A DNA stretch of 63,833 bases, the filler included, from Octopus bimaculoides (taxonomy: Eukaryota), in NCBI RefSeq assembly GCF_001194135.2. It is 5 parts of 5 records of this genome, joined end to end, with 100 filler letters (N's around TTAATTAATTAA, not from the genome) between each part and the next. Parts side by side here need not be neighbours in the genome. Positions count along the whole stretch, not along the records: positions 61,992 to 63,833 come from NW_026365738.1; 4 more parts are not named here. The stretch is one strand, 5' to 3'. The notes beneath the pieces were generated by a model, which saw only the letters and a list, made by a program, of their open reading frames with translations, searched no databases and had not been told where the DNA came from. Both the position numbers and the translations under genes were made by a program. Positions 63,213 through 63,833 of the stretch are shown here, in pieces (within the stretch, counting starts at the first letter, position 1; the number at the start of each line of letters is the position of its first letter).

Positions 63213-63833
63213 TTTATGGCGATCTTAAAGTTCTTTTATTAATTCTTGGTTTACAATTCAGCGACACAAAGCATATGTGTTTTTGTGTCTCTGGAACAGC
63301 AGAGATGACAAGAACCACTACAAAGTACATGATTAGTCATCTAGAATTGAACATGATGCTGATAAACAAAATGTGAAGCACCCAGCACTTATTGACACCT
63401 CAGAAAGTACATATTCCATTACTTCACATTGGCCTTATGAAAAATTTCGTGAAGGTTATGGATCATAAGTTAGTGATTTCCAATATTTAAAGAATGAATT
63501 CAAAGGGATATTGACAGATGTTAAGCTAGAAGCTGGAGGTTTTACTGGACCACAGATACGCAGTGTTATCCACCACCACTTGTTTCCCTCTAAGCTAAAT
63601 GAGATTGAACTAGGAACATGGTCATCTTCTGTTGAAGCTGTCAAATTTTTCTTGGAAACCACAAAACTGAAAGTCATCGTGAACTCATAGAAAACATGCT
63701 TGAAAAATGGGATGCAAAATATCTTTAAAAAATATATTTTTTACATTCTCATCGTGACTTCTTCCCGGCTAACCTTGGGGCTATGAGTGACGAGCATGGT
63801 GAGTGCATCCACCAACACATCTCAGTTATGGAA
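63213..63833 (+). pseudogene. DNA transposase relic resembling Chapaev3 (CMC group); runs off the window
   Basis: My translation: GDLKV...GLQ..TK..CF(L)CLWNSRD..NHY; PLLHIGLMKNFVKVM; KLEAGGFTGPQIR; FLHSHRDFFPANLGAMSDEHGECIHQHISVME. Confidence 0.7.

Overview
AT-rich, microsatellite-saturated, gappy eukaryotic genomic DNA. It is probably from a coleoid cephalopod such as Octopus (inferred from the SINE families and repeat style, not proven). I recognise no host protein-coding gene, so the window looks intronic or intergenic. It is a graveyard of transposable elements: two DD34D mariner relics, a maT/DD37D-like fragment, piggyBac and Chapaev3-like relics, two CR1/L2-group LINE copies, an internally deleted R4/Dong-like LINE, a Penelope-like GIY-YIG fragment, a Ty3/Gypsy gag relic, and more than 20 tRNA-derived SINE copies from several families. 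One intron-containing tRNA-Lys(TTT) gene or pseudogene is present. The most notable observations are: (i) several degenerate minimal hammerhead-ribozyme motifs of the Penelope type; (ii) a four-unit SINE multimer flanked by an apparent target-site duplication; (iii) a 3' stem-loop tail shared by a LINE and a SINE family; (iv) several long hairpins and foldbacks; (v) the tRNA, which has a well-formed intron but a broken T-arm. All family names come from recognising motifs by eye and need database confirmation.
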